15,375 bases of DNA from Paraspadella gotoi (GCA_051294375.1 JBJCIZ010000052.1:1-15375); one strand, 5' to 3'. Numbered from the stretch's first letter, positions 1 to 9,684 are shown. A program made the numbers and translations. The notes: a model not told the origin generated them from the letters alone.

Positions 1-540
1 TTTTTTTTTGACTTGTTTGATACTTGGTTCTGATAATATATCCAAAGGTAAAAAAAAATGATAATCTTGCTAACAGAAAGGTTACCCGGAGCCTTATAAC
101 TTTTATTAATACTTTATAATATAAAAAGAATATTCTGGAGCATCTTCAGCATGAATGTATTTTTAATACCCCTCTTTTTTGACATATAGATTAAGATTCA
201 TCCCAGAATTTATACTAATGGAGATGATGCAATAACAATTTGACATGAGACTGAGAAAAGGCAGGGATTTTTAATAGAAACGGTTTAACTCAAAAAGTAA
301 TAAAAAAAACCTGGAAATTAGTATAAATGAAAAGTAAAGATATGAAAAAACTAAAAAAGAAGAGAGCATTTTTTTTAGCCAACTCATTTTCTTTGCACGG
401 AACTCTTGTATTTTTTGTCGTACATAAATGAGATACAGCTCATATAAATCACAGAAGGCCAAAGTTTCTCAATATCTAAATTTTATTTTTCGATTCTTAT
501 ATTAAAATGCCGCAAAATAACTGGAAAGTAACCGCGACAA

Positions 541-1197
541 TTTTTAGTCGGATCTGCTGATAAGCTACTCTATAATTCACTTTGTCGGTCCGTCGGTCCG
601 CCCCCTCAATCTTGTTGGGCATTCACTTATATCATGTCAGAACATCGAATTATGATAAATTATGCAAAAAAATGATGTCCGTCCGTCCATCTGTCTGTGT
701 ATCTGTCTGTCTGTTCGTCTGTCCCACCTTAGAAAAAACACCAATTACTTATGATTGGATGGATGGATTTGAATGAAATTTTGTGTGTGTGGGTAGGGAA
801 GTGTGTGATTGAGCAGGAAATCAAGTTTCGATGGAATCGTTTGAGTGGAAATGAGTTTTAATGAATAAAAACAGAAAACCTGTTTCACTAATTGATTATG
901 CTTCTTTTTCCTTTTATATTAAATGTAAATGCAAGATGCATTTATTAATCAAATAATCAAATATATTGGTTGTACCAATTTCATAATTAATTAGTAAATT
1001 AATTAATTAGTTATTTAATTAATCAATAATTAATTAATTAGTCAATTAATCAATCAAAACAAACATTTTGGATCAAATTAATTAATTATTTGCCTAATTA
1101 ATTAATTATTTAATCAACTTAAAATAATTAATTATTAATTAATTAATTACCTAAAATGATCGTGGGCAGATCCGACATTGTTTGCTCAAACTTGTTT
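541..1197 (+). mobile_element. Non-autonomous Helentron-type (HINE / DINE-1-like) element, family B, apparently complete copy B1
   Basis: Starts in a T-run followed by subterminal IR GTCGGATCTGC (547-557), whose exact reverse complement GCAGATCCGAC lies at 1166-1176. That is followed by a short stem-loop GTTTG-CT-CAAAC and TTT. Internal (GTCC/GTCT)n microsatellite at ~676-724, one ~165-bp core unit and a TTAA-rich tract. Homologous copies at 8650-9321, 9570-9684, 13938-13990 and 14074-14511. Confidence 0.8.
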
Positions 1198-1379
1198 ATT
1201 CCATCATGGTACATCAAAGATTACGCATTTTTAGGCTGAATGAAACATCCTTTTAAGGGTATCTGTTACGAAGAAAATACCATTTATTCTTAAAGCGCTA
1301 AGGGTCTCAAGTTGTAACACAAACTGATTATCAAATAATTGGCCTCTCCTTAAAAAATATATGAAATCTGTTCTTATTC

Positions 1380-1650
1380 TGTCCATCATCCATCCTATCC
1401 TATCCTATCCATCATCCATCCATTCGCTTTTCTTTCTTTTCCTTTTCATTTTTCTCTTCCTCCTCCTCCTTTCATCTTCCATCCATTTAACAAAAGGCGA
1501 CGCGATTTTCACGGTTTTTCGACTTCATCGTCGCTCGAAGCGAGAAACATCCTCTTCCCATTTCTCCTCCTCTTCCCATTCCTCCTCCTCCCTTTCCTCC
1601 TGTTCTTCCTTTTCCTCCTCCTCCTCCTTTTCCCTTTCATCCACATTTCC
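1380..1650. repeat. Pyrimidine-rich low-complexity tract (ATCC, TCC, TTC runs)
   Basis: Runs of ATCC and (TCC)n; explains the spurious Ser/Phe-rich ORF at 1361-1774. Confidence 0.8.
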
Positions 1651-2876
1651 TCTTCACACTCTATTGTCCCGCGGTGCAGCCGTCAACGCCGATGTTATTG
1701 TTTCTGTCTCGTTTCCTGCATCCATCATTGCTTCTCTCGAACCTCCTCCTCAACAGCTTATTTCAAATTCTTAACCTAATACGATCACGCTCAAGCGCCC
1801 ACCTCCATAATCTCGCTCAAGCGCCCAATTTCAAACCCTGATTTTAAGGCCTTCCTCAATATTTCTGAGTCTCTATTAAACGTCCACCTCTAAGATTTAG
1901 CACTTACATTTTTAAAGGTTTACCTGAACAGTGAACAGTAAACATTGTAGTCTCCCTTAAGTGCCCTTGTTCATTGCCTCTTTCAAGCGCGACCCTTACA
2001 TACAGCTTCTTTCAAATGCTAGCCTTCAAACATCCCTTCGGCGCCCACCTCAACCAATTACTCTCCTCACCGTTTTCTCCCTCACGCCCACAGCTAAAAA
2101 TTATGCCGCGAGGTCGAATGGTAATTATGGCACCGTCACGGAATTTGGTGCCATTCGGTTATGATTATGATGGAAGAAGAAGAAGAAGAAGAAGAAAAGA
2201 GAAAGAATGAGAGAGGAAGCACGATAAAGCGTGTAATGATGCGATGGTTTGGGTTCGGAGAACAATCCTTGATTGACTCCTGAGTTTGGATTAATCGTAA
2301 AACAAAAAAATATTAGACCATCTCATGTTTACATTGTACAATAACAGCTATTTTGACGAAGTTGGCATAGTTTGATTAAATATACCCTCTGAGAGCCTAC
2401 ATTCAAAAATATTTGGCATGATTTTTAAGAAGATTAGTGAAGCTGAAAACTTAAACTGTGGAAGGAACTCTCGCGCTAATTTTAAATTTTATACTTTTTA
2501 TATAAAAATTAAAGAAAAAAGTTTTATATTTATAAACTTTTTTTATTTTGAAAAGCTCTCTTCAAGTAAAAATATGTTTAAAAATACAAGTTTGAAAAAA
2601 CAACTGAAAGAAATTACTGTTAAAAAACTAGAAAATACAACATCGTAGGAAATGGACCAGTAGATGGATCTGATAGCCTCTCTTGGCTTTTCCGTCTTTT
2701 CCAATGACCGTCTTGACCAATAGGGCGTTGAAAAATAACGAAATATAACAAATCAAGTGAGGTACATTTATTTACAAATTTTATATTTTTTTAATAGTTT
2801 GGTCGCTATATTTATTAATAAATAATAATAAAAAATCTTAAAAGCAATAGGAATGCGAGCCTACTTTTGATGATAA

Positions 2877-3133
2877 TATGGCAACGGAAGGAATAGCTGT
2901 GATACCCGGGGCGCGGGGTATCTCACCAACTGGCGTAGGGGCTGCGGACCCTCAGTGACCGCCTCCTGTCACTGGCATGTTTATACCGGCACCGTCACAT
3001 TTAAGCCAGAACCGGGATACCCAGGGATTGAACCCGGGACGCACGGATGGAATGAGATGATTTAGCCTGCTCAGCCATTGAGACGAGGCTGAGGACGGAC
3101 AGCAGTGAGGCAGCTTTAAGTCTTGCTGCCACA
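2877..3133 (-). mobile_element. 257-bp solo-LTR-like element carrying a tRNA-like Pol III promoter (Helenus-like)
   Basis: GC-rich island. On the minus strand it begins TGTGGCAGC and ends GTTGCCATA (imperfect TG..CA terminal IR). ATAA flanks both sides (2873-2876 and 3134-3137), and removing the insert restores the host unit GATGATAACCAAAT. A box TGGCTGAGCAGG (3077-3066) and B box GGTTCAATCCC (3034-3024). Second partial copy at 8195. Confidence 0.65.
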
Positions 3134-3376
3134 ATAACCAAATATTGATGCGATGATAACCAAATATTGATGCGATGATAACCGAAGGATTGATGCGATG
3201 ATAACCAAATAATGGATGGGATGATAGTCATTCATTGATGCGATGATAATCATTCATTGATGCGATGAGAGTCCTTTATTGATCGGATGATAATCATTCA
3301 TTGATGCGATGATAGTCATTATTGATGCGATGATAGTCATTCATTGATGCGATGCTAGTCATTCATTGACGTGATG
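3134..3376. repeat. 22-bp minisatellite, about 11 units, near the 3' end of HINE copy A1
   Basis: Unit is ATTGATGCGATG plus ATAACCAAAT-type (4 units) or ATAGTCATTC-type (7 units) decamer. Only ~2 units are present at the homologous site in copy A3 (13138-13180). Confidence 0.92.
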
Positions 3377-3384
3377 AGTTAATT

Positions 3385-3430
<46 letters not shown>
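3385..3430. repeat. (AG)n microsatellite
   Basis: Directly visible; part of a family A module. Confidence 0.95.
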
Positions 3431-4180
3431 GCGACATAGTGTTGATTGAGAGAGAAATATAGAGAGAATAATAAAATAATATAAAGTTTTTAGAAGGAAA
3501 AAAATTCACGAAAAATCTCGGAAATAAATTTGGGGTTTTGTATTAAGAAAAAAGTGCGTGATAAAAATAAAATTGTTTTATTAGAGTGTGATTAAGCATC
3601 AATTAACTTTATATTTTTTTTTCAATTGAAATAAGACTGAAGTCTTTTGTTCATCTAGTTCAAAATGAGGTTGAAAACCTTATTTTTTGCATATTATTGA
3701 AAATTAATGAGATTGATATTGATTGTTTGAAAATGAAACTCGTCGCTATAAAGCTAAACTATTTTCAATAATAACGGTCAAAAATTATAATCTCTATTAA
3801 CAAAATAATATAGTTGACAATAATCAGTTAATGACTATGATATTTTTGACTTCAAATATTTTTTTACTTATTAAAATAATTTTTAATTTCCCTCTTCTTA
3901 AAAATTGTTTAATCTTGAATGAAATTTTAGATTGTTATATTTTTCATATTATATATTATTTATATTAATCTGCACAATTGCCGGATATATAGCAGGTATC
4001 ACACAAGTTGATGTACATATGACATTGCCTGCATTATAAGTTATTCTTCCCTTTTTCTAAAATGAATTCACGAAAATCTCGGATGAAAATTTGGGATTTT
4101 GTATTGAGAAAAAAAAATGGCGATAATAAGTTTTTAAAAAGAAAGAAATAATAAGAATTTTTCAAAAAACGAACGATTGT

Positions 4181-4806
4181 NNNNNNNNNNNNNNNNNNNN
4201 NNNNNNNNNNNNNNNNNNNNNNNNNNNNNNNNNNNNNNNNNNNNNNNNNNNNNNNNNNNNNNNNNNNNNNNNNNNNNNNNNNNNNNNNNNNNNNNNNNNN
4301 NNNNNNNNNNNNNNNNNNNNNNNNNNNNNNNNNNNNNNNNNNNNNNNNNNNNNNNNNNNNNNNNNNNNNNNNNNNNNNNNNNNNNNNNNNNNNNNNNNNN
4401 NNNNNNNNNNNNNNNNNNNNNNNNNNNNNNNNNNNNNNNNNNNNNNNNNNNNNNNNNNNNNNNNNNNNNNNNNNNNNNNNNNNNNNNNNNNNNNNNNNNN
4501 NNNNNNNNNNNNNNNNNNNNNNNNNNNNNNNNNNNNNNNNNNNNNNNNNNNNNNNNNNNNNNNNNNNNNNNNNNNNNNNNNNNNNNNNNNNNNNNNNNNN
4601 NNNNNNNNNNNNNNNNNNNNNNNNNNNNNNNNNNNNNNNNNNNNNNNNNNNNNNNNNNNNNNNNNNNNNNNNNNNNNNNNNNNNNNNNNNNNNNNNNNNN
4701 NNNNNNNNNNNNNNNNNNNNNNNNNNNNNNNNNNNNNNNNNNNNNNNNNNNNNNNNNNNNNNNNNNNNNNNNNNNNNNNNNNNNNNNNNNNNNNNNNNNN
4801 NNNNNN
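4181..4806. other. Assembly gap (626 N)
   Basis: Run of N; the ORFs at 4134-4814 and 4177-4824 are artefacts of it. Confidence 1.
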
Positions 4807-4960
4807 CCGGTCATGGCTCGATAAAAATAAGCTAAAGTGAAAAAATAAAAATTTTAAATTTTAAAATCGGATTTGAATTCCTTACAAAAAGTTGATATAA
4901 GAAAGTATAATCCATTTTAAAAAATTCTTTCATTAAGTAGGTTAAAAATATTAAAAACTA

Positions 4961-6543
4961 TTATTTTTGTTTAATTTTTAAATTTTTGGCTTAAAATTAT
5001 AGTTTTTCTGAAGTTTTTCTGACCAACTTAATGACTTAATTTTGTTATAAAAATTATATTTTCTGTAGATGCATACTTTTTTGCAAAGAATGCAAATCCA
5101 TGAAAAAAATTTTGAAATTATTATTTTTTCACTTTAACCTAATTTTTACTCATAATTATTAATAAATATAGTTAAATAACTTTTTATAAAACATAAAATT
5201 TAGAAATAAACTTACCAAAATATTTTTATAAGTCTTTATTTTTATATTTCAAAAGCTCATATAAATTTTATAAAATTTTAATAATTTATTTATCATAACT
5301 TATAATGGTTTTGCTATTTTTTATAACAATTTTATATACATTAAAAACCGTCATTTCCGACAAAAAAGATAAAATTATACAAAAAAAACGGTCATCACCA
5401 TCGAATTCTACAGACTACATTACACTAAAATAGCTATTGTACCTCACTTGATTTGTTATATTTTGTTATTTTTCAACGCTCTATTGACCTATCAGAGGGA
5501 GGCTTCCCTCACTCTAAAACTTACCTTCAGAATACTTAACATCAAATTCTATTTATTGTATCTGTTTACTAGGCGTCAAAAAAACGGTTAATTTTAAAAA
5601 TATTAATTAACAGTAAAAAGGCTAAAATTTAACCGTTAACCATTAAAATTGGTTAATTTGCCAACTATCATTATAGTGATAAAACTAAGTAACAAAAAAT
5701 ATTTTTTATTTTCAATAAAAATGAATTAAAAAGAAATCCATCAAAGAAAAAAAAAAATTATTTTTGTTTAAATTTTTAAATTTTTGGCTTTAAAATTATA
5801 GTTTTTCTGAATTTTGACCAACTTAATGACATAATTTTGTTATAAAATTATATTTTCTTAGATCAACTTTTTGCAAAGAATGCAAATCCATGAAAAAAAT
5901 TTTGAAATTATTATTTTTTCACTTTAACCTAATTTTTACTCATAATTATTAATAAATATAGTTAACTAACTTTTATAAAACATAAAATTTAGAAATAAAC
6001 TTACCAAAATATTTTATAAGTCTTTATTTTTATATTTCAAAAGCTCATATAAATTTTATAAATTTTAATAATTTGATTTATCAAAACTTATAATGGTTTT
6101 GCTATTTTATAACAATTTTATATACATTTAAAAACCGTCATTTCCGACAAAAAAGATAAAATTATACAAAAAAACGGTCATCACCACCGAATTCTACAGA
6201 CTACATTACACTAAAATAGCTATGTACCTCACTTGATTTGTTATAATTTGTTATTTTTCAACGCTCTATTGACCTATCGAGGGGAGGCTTCCCTCACTCT
6301 AAAACTTACCTTCAGAACTTAACATCAAATTCTATTTATTGTATCTGTTTTACTAGGCGTCAAAAAAACGATTAATTTTAAAAATATTAATTAACAGTAA
6401 AAAGGCTAAAATTTAACCGTTAACCATTAAAATCGGTTATATTTGCCAACTATCATTATAGTGATAAAACTAAGTATCAGTAACAAAAATATTTTTTTTT
6501 TTCAATAAAAATGAAATTAAAAAGAAATCCATCAAAAAAAAAA
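4961..6543. repeat. Direct tandem duplication of a ~0.8-kb unit (4961-5757 and 5758-6543)
   Basis: Both units run from TTATTTTTGTTTAA..TTTTTGGCTT to AAAGAAATCCATCAAA and are collinear throughout; differences are mostly small indels. Confidence 0.95.
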
Positions 6544-6705
6544 TTGTAATAACAAAAAACAAAACAAAACATAAAAAAATCAACTAATGTTGGAGGTGGT
6601 CAAGTGAGTTAAGCGGAATTAACTTTTTATAATTTAAATTGTCTGTTCCCCATCATTTTAAAGTGGGAAATTTTTTTGCTTGTTCGTCTTCTTCAATGAA
6701 ACAAT

Positions 6706-6738
<33 letters not shown>

Positions 6739-7326
6739 GGTGAGAGAGAGAGAGAGAATGTTTGATTACATGTTAAATTAAATTAAAAAGTAATTAAAAT
6801 TCAATTAGTACAGTAAAATACATTTAGGCAATGTAAATGGGTAAGCAGTAACATGATTAAAATTTGAAACTACGAAAGTAATAAATAATAAATAATAAAC
6901 ATTGAAGGTGAAAATATAAAGTTGATAGATTATTTTTTTTATATGGTAAAATTATAAGAAGAAGAAAGAGCTGTTTCTCTCTCTCTCATTATCATATATT
7001 GGGAAATTTCACAAACCAAATTTGCACTGAAAAAGGCTAACAACATGGCGGAAACATATTTTTTTTTAATTAAAATAAATTCAGAGTTTGAAATTAAAAT
7101 TATTTTTCACTTTTAATACTTACATATATAATCTAAATAAAGGAAAAAATTTTGAGAGATAGTTGACAGCCTTGCAATGGAAAACCATAATACTTAAAAC
7201 AAATAAAAATTTAAATTAGTTTTAAAATTTTAAAATTTTGAAATTAACCGGTTAATTTTACAAAATTAAATGATCGGTTAAAATTTTTTTTAACCGGTGA
7301 TTACCGTTAATCAGTTAAGACCCCTA
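6354..7326. mobile_element. hAT-superfamily non-autonomous element (MITE-like); left end duplicated at 5570-5757
   Basis: Termini TAGGCGTC (6354, also 5570) and GACCCCTA (7319-7326) form a 7/8 inverted match. 8-bp TSD CTGTTTAC at 5562-5569 and 7327-7334; the second duplication unit has CTGTTTTAC. Clustered subterminal AACGGTTAA/TTAACCG(G)T motifs occur at both ends. TAGG termini, an 8-bp TSD and subterminal repeats are hAT hallmarks. Confidence 0.8.
6706..6756. repeat. (AG)n microsatellite inside the hAT-type element
   Basis: Directly visible. Confidence 0.95.
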
Positions 7327-7374
7327 CTGTTTACTGTCTGTTTATTCTGCATAATCTCCATCAATTATCGTTAT

Positions 7375-7551
7375 CTCCCACTCCACTCTCACCTCCCACT
7401 CCACTCTCACCTCCAACTTCACTCTCACCTCCCACTCCACTCCCACTCCACTCTCACCTCCCAATCCACTCACACCTCCCACTCCCTTCTCAGCTCCCAC
7501 TCCACTTCCACTCCACTCCCACTCCACTCTCACCTCCCACTTCACTCTACC
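7375..7551. repeat. C-rich 18-bp minisatellite (CTCCCACTCCACTCTCAC)n, degenerate
   Basis: Repeated CTCCCACTCCACTCTCAC units; source of the LPLHSH and EWEVRV periodic ORFs. Confidence 0.9.
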
Positions 7552-7746
7552 CTACCATTCTGACTTCTCACTTTAACCTCCCCTCATCAGAAAATCAGGT
7601 TTCATCACAGAAATGATCTCCAGCTCAGTTGACTCAAGCGAAACTCTTCCATGATTTTCTTGTGATGAGATGAAATTTAGGGGCAAGAAACAAAATTAAG
7701 AGAGCGTGAGCTATAGAAGAGAGCGAATCGACAAAGAGAGAAAAGT

Positions 7747-7749
<3 letters not shown>

Positions 7750-7801
<52 letters not shown>

Positions 7802-8110
7802 GAGAGAGAGAGAGAGAGAGAGAAGGCAGCTTTCATAACCCGAATCTATTTAGAATGACAGCAGGAGATGGAGGAAGCAAAGGAGGGCAAAGAGGAGGAG
7901 AAGGAGGAGGAGGGAGGAGGAGGAGGGGAAAATGAGCGAGAAACAAGATTTTGATGATGGTTTTTCTTTCCAATTTCGTGTCGAATTCAAGGAGGAGGAA
8001 AAAAAAAAGAAAATAAAAAATAGGAATAAAATTCTATTACTTTTTCTCACTGGAAGTTTATTTGAAAAATGAAGCGAAAGCGAGAAGGAGGAGGAGGAAG
8101 AGGAGGCAGA
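7750..8110. repeat. (AG)n microsatellite (7750-7822) followed by GGA-rich purine tracts
   Basis: Directly visible (AG)n and (GGA)n runs. Confidence 0.9.
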
Positions 8111-8194
8111 GGAAAATAAGAGACTGGCAACGCTGAGATTTAGCGCGTCTTCATAAAAACATTTTCAAGTTGCGCTGTTGTGAAAATATGGAAT

Positions 8195-8305
8195 TGTGGC
8201 AGTGCGACTAAAAGCTGCCCGTCTGTCTGTCCTCAGCCTCATCTCAGCACTTCATCTTTACCGTGCCTTCCGAGTTCAAGCCTGGTTATCCCGTTTTGGA
8301 TTACA
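8195..8305 (+). mobile_element. Truncated, diverged second copy of the 2877-3133 LTR-like element
   Basis: TGTGGCAGTGCGACTAAAAGCTGCC..TGTCTGTCCTCAGCCTCATCTCA..CCGTGCCTTCCGAGTTCAAGCCTGGTTATCCCGTTTTGGATTA aligns with the reverse complement of 3133-3000. It starts at the same TGTGGCAG terminus, and the A-box region is deleted. Confidence 0.8.
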
Positions 8306-8649
8306 GACAAAAACTTTTTTTAAATCACATGTTATTTAATTTTGTGGAGTGATATAATATTATCCTTGGACAAAATTTAAAAAGTTTTAAACAATCCTAA
8401 CTAGACATTTTTAAGTTTGTGAAATTTGATATTCGGACTGCTTCGTAAGTTTTAACTTAATGCAGTAGCCTCTTTTGATATGAAAGAAAAGTAGTATATT
8501 TAACAGTTTTTTATTTGGAGTGGGCATCAAAGTTTTAATATATTAGGAATCTACGTCGTTCTTAGAGATCGAGGAAGACTTTTAAGTGAGAATATAGAGT
8601 CGCTGAGAGTCTTCGACAGTATAGTTAATGGGTTTAATTGATATGAATC

Positions 8650-9321
8650 TAGATTAACTGGTTAACTAATTGAATTAATTATACTGATTTAATTATTTGA
8701 TTTTATTAAATACCTCCTGCAGAATACATTATATAAAAGGAAAAAGAAGCATAAATCAATTAGTAAAACAGGTTTTTTTGTTTTTTTTCATTTAACTCAT
8801 TTCCACTCAAAACTATTTCATCGAAACTTTTGATTTCCTGTTCAATCACAACACTTTTCCTACCCCACATACAAAATTCCAGGTCAATCAGCCCATCCAC
8901 TCATGAGCAATTGGTGTTCAAATAGTGAATATATTTTTTTTGTTTTTTTTTGCCATTTTTAACTCAATTTTCCACTCAGACGATTCCATCGAAAACTTAT
9001 ATCCAGCTCAATCACACCCACTTACCTATCGACACACAAAATTACATTTAATCCATCCATCCAATCACGAGTAATTGATGTTTTTTTGCTAAGGTGGGAC
9101 GGACGGACGGAACGGACGGACGGACGGAACGGACGGACAGACAGACGGAGCGGACGGACATCATTTTTATTTGCATAATTATCATAATTCGATGTTCTGA
9201 CATGAAATATAAGTGTGTGCCCGACAATATTGAGGGGGCGGACCGACGGACCGAAAAAGTTGAGTTATAAAGTGAGTTATAGAGTCGGGATCATGATGAT
9301 AAGCAGATCTCCGACTAAAAA
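8650..9321 (-). mobile_element. HINE family B copy B2, 3'-truncated, with two tandem core units
   Basis: Reverse complement of B1. 5' end GCAGATCTCCGACTAAAAA (9303-9321), with an inner inverted copy GTCGGGATC that forms a 5' hairpin. (GGAC)n at ~9097-9160. The ~165-bp core is present twice (~8770-8930 and ~8935-9085). Confidence 0.85.
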
Positions 9322-9366
9322 TCTGAAAAAGCCATAAACAAGGATCGTCGCAATTTGGCAGAAAAA

Positions 9367-9456
9367 GAGAAGAGAGAGAGAGAGAGAGAGAGACGAGAGA
9401 GAGAGAGAGACGAGAGAAGAGAGAGAGAGAGTGAGTGAGAGAGAGAGAGAGAGAAA
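9367..9456. repeat. (AG)n microsatellite
   Basis: Directly visible; produces the poly-SL ORFs at 9182-9513. Confidence 0.95.
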
Positions 9457-9569
9457 GGAAGAACATACATAAATAGAGGATATTTGTTTGTTTATAAATT
9501 GTAAACAAAACATTATTAAATAACTGTCTAACCCAATTTTAAGACATCGTGATGATAAGTTGAAATATA

Positions 9570-9684
9570 AATTAAAATTAATTATTAATATTTAAAATTA
9601 ATTAAATTAATTAATTAATTAATCGATTAATTAATTATTAATTAATTAATCGTAGGCGATCGACATTGTTTGCTCAAACTGTTT
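9570..9684 (+). mobile_element. 3'-terminal fragment of HINE family B
   Basis: TTAA-rich tract followed by ATCGTAGGCGATCGACATTGTTTGCTCAAACTGTTT, matching the B1 terminus at 1159-1197. Confidence 0.8.

Larger units (their letters stand above)
2830..4828 (-). mobile_element. HINE/Helentron-like element, family A, copy A1 (spans the assembly gap)
   Basis: 5' end CCGGTCATGGCTCGATAAAAA (4807-4827) is the reverse complement of the start of copy A3 (11083) with one mismatch. 3' end AAAAATCTTAAAAGCAATAGGA (2831-2852) matches the reverse complement of ~13190-13212. Internal blocks 4035-4180, 3750-3865 and 3224-3376 match the reverse complements of 11910-12050, 12515-12630 and 13138-13180. Confidence 0.8.
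2718..5486. mobile_element. Non-autonomous TIR DNA transposon with 49-bp TIRs, CACTA/CMC-like; interrupted by a HINE insertion
   Basis: 2718-2766 (CAATAGGGCGTTGAAAAATAACGAAATATAACAAATCAAGTGAGGTACA) matches the reverse complement of 5438-5486 at 47/49 positions. Flanked by AC on both sides (2716-2717 and 5487-5488), a candidate 2-bp TSD. The CAATAG terminus resembles CACTA(G). The superfamily call is inference. Confidence 0.75.

Noticed and set aside
380-480. Possible minus-strand exon after TTTAG (IEKLWPSVIYMSCISFMYDKKYKSSVQRK*)
   Set aside because: No recognisable homology or partner exons; cannot be supported from sequence alone.
1430-1640. Inverted relationship between the TCC-rich tract and the GGA-rich tract at 7860-8110
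   Set aside because: Similarity is limited to low-complexity triplets.
2129-2139. GGCACCGTCAC shared with 2988-2998
   Set aside because: An 11-bp match with no flanking homology; compatible with chance.
3134-3376. CRISPR-like look: constant 12-mer with variable 10-mers
   Set aside because: The repeat and 'spacers' are far too short, the spacers are themselves repeated, there are no cas genes, and the context is eukaryotic; it is a minisatellite.
2385-5499. Fourth nesting layer: piggyBac-like CCCTCTGAGAG (2385-2395) / CTATCAGAGGG (5489-5499) inverted match
   Set aside because: Only 10/11 bp, and the flanks (TATA vs AGGC) give no TTAA TSD; insufficient support.
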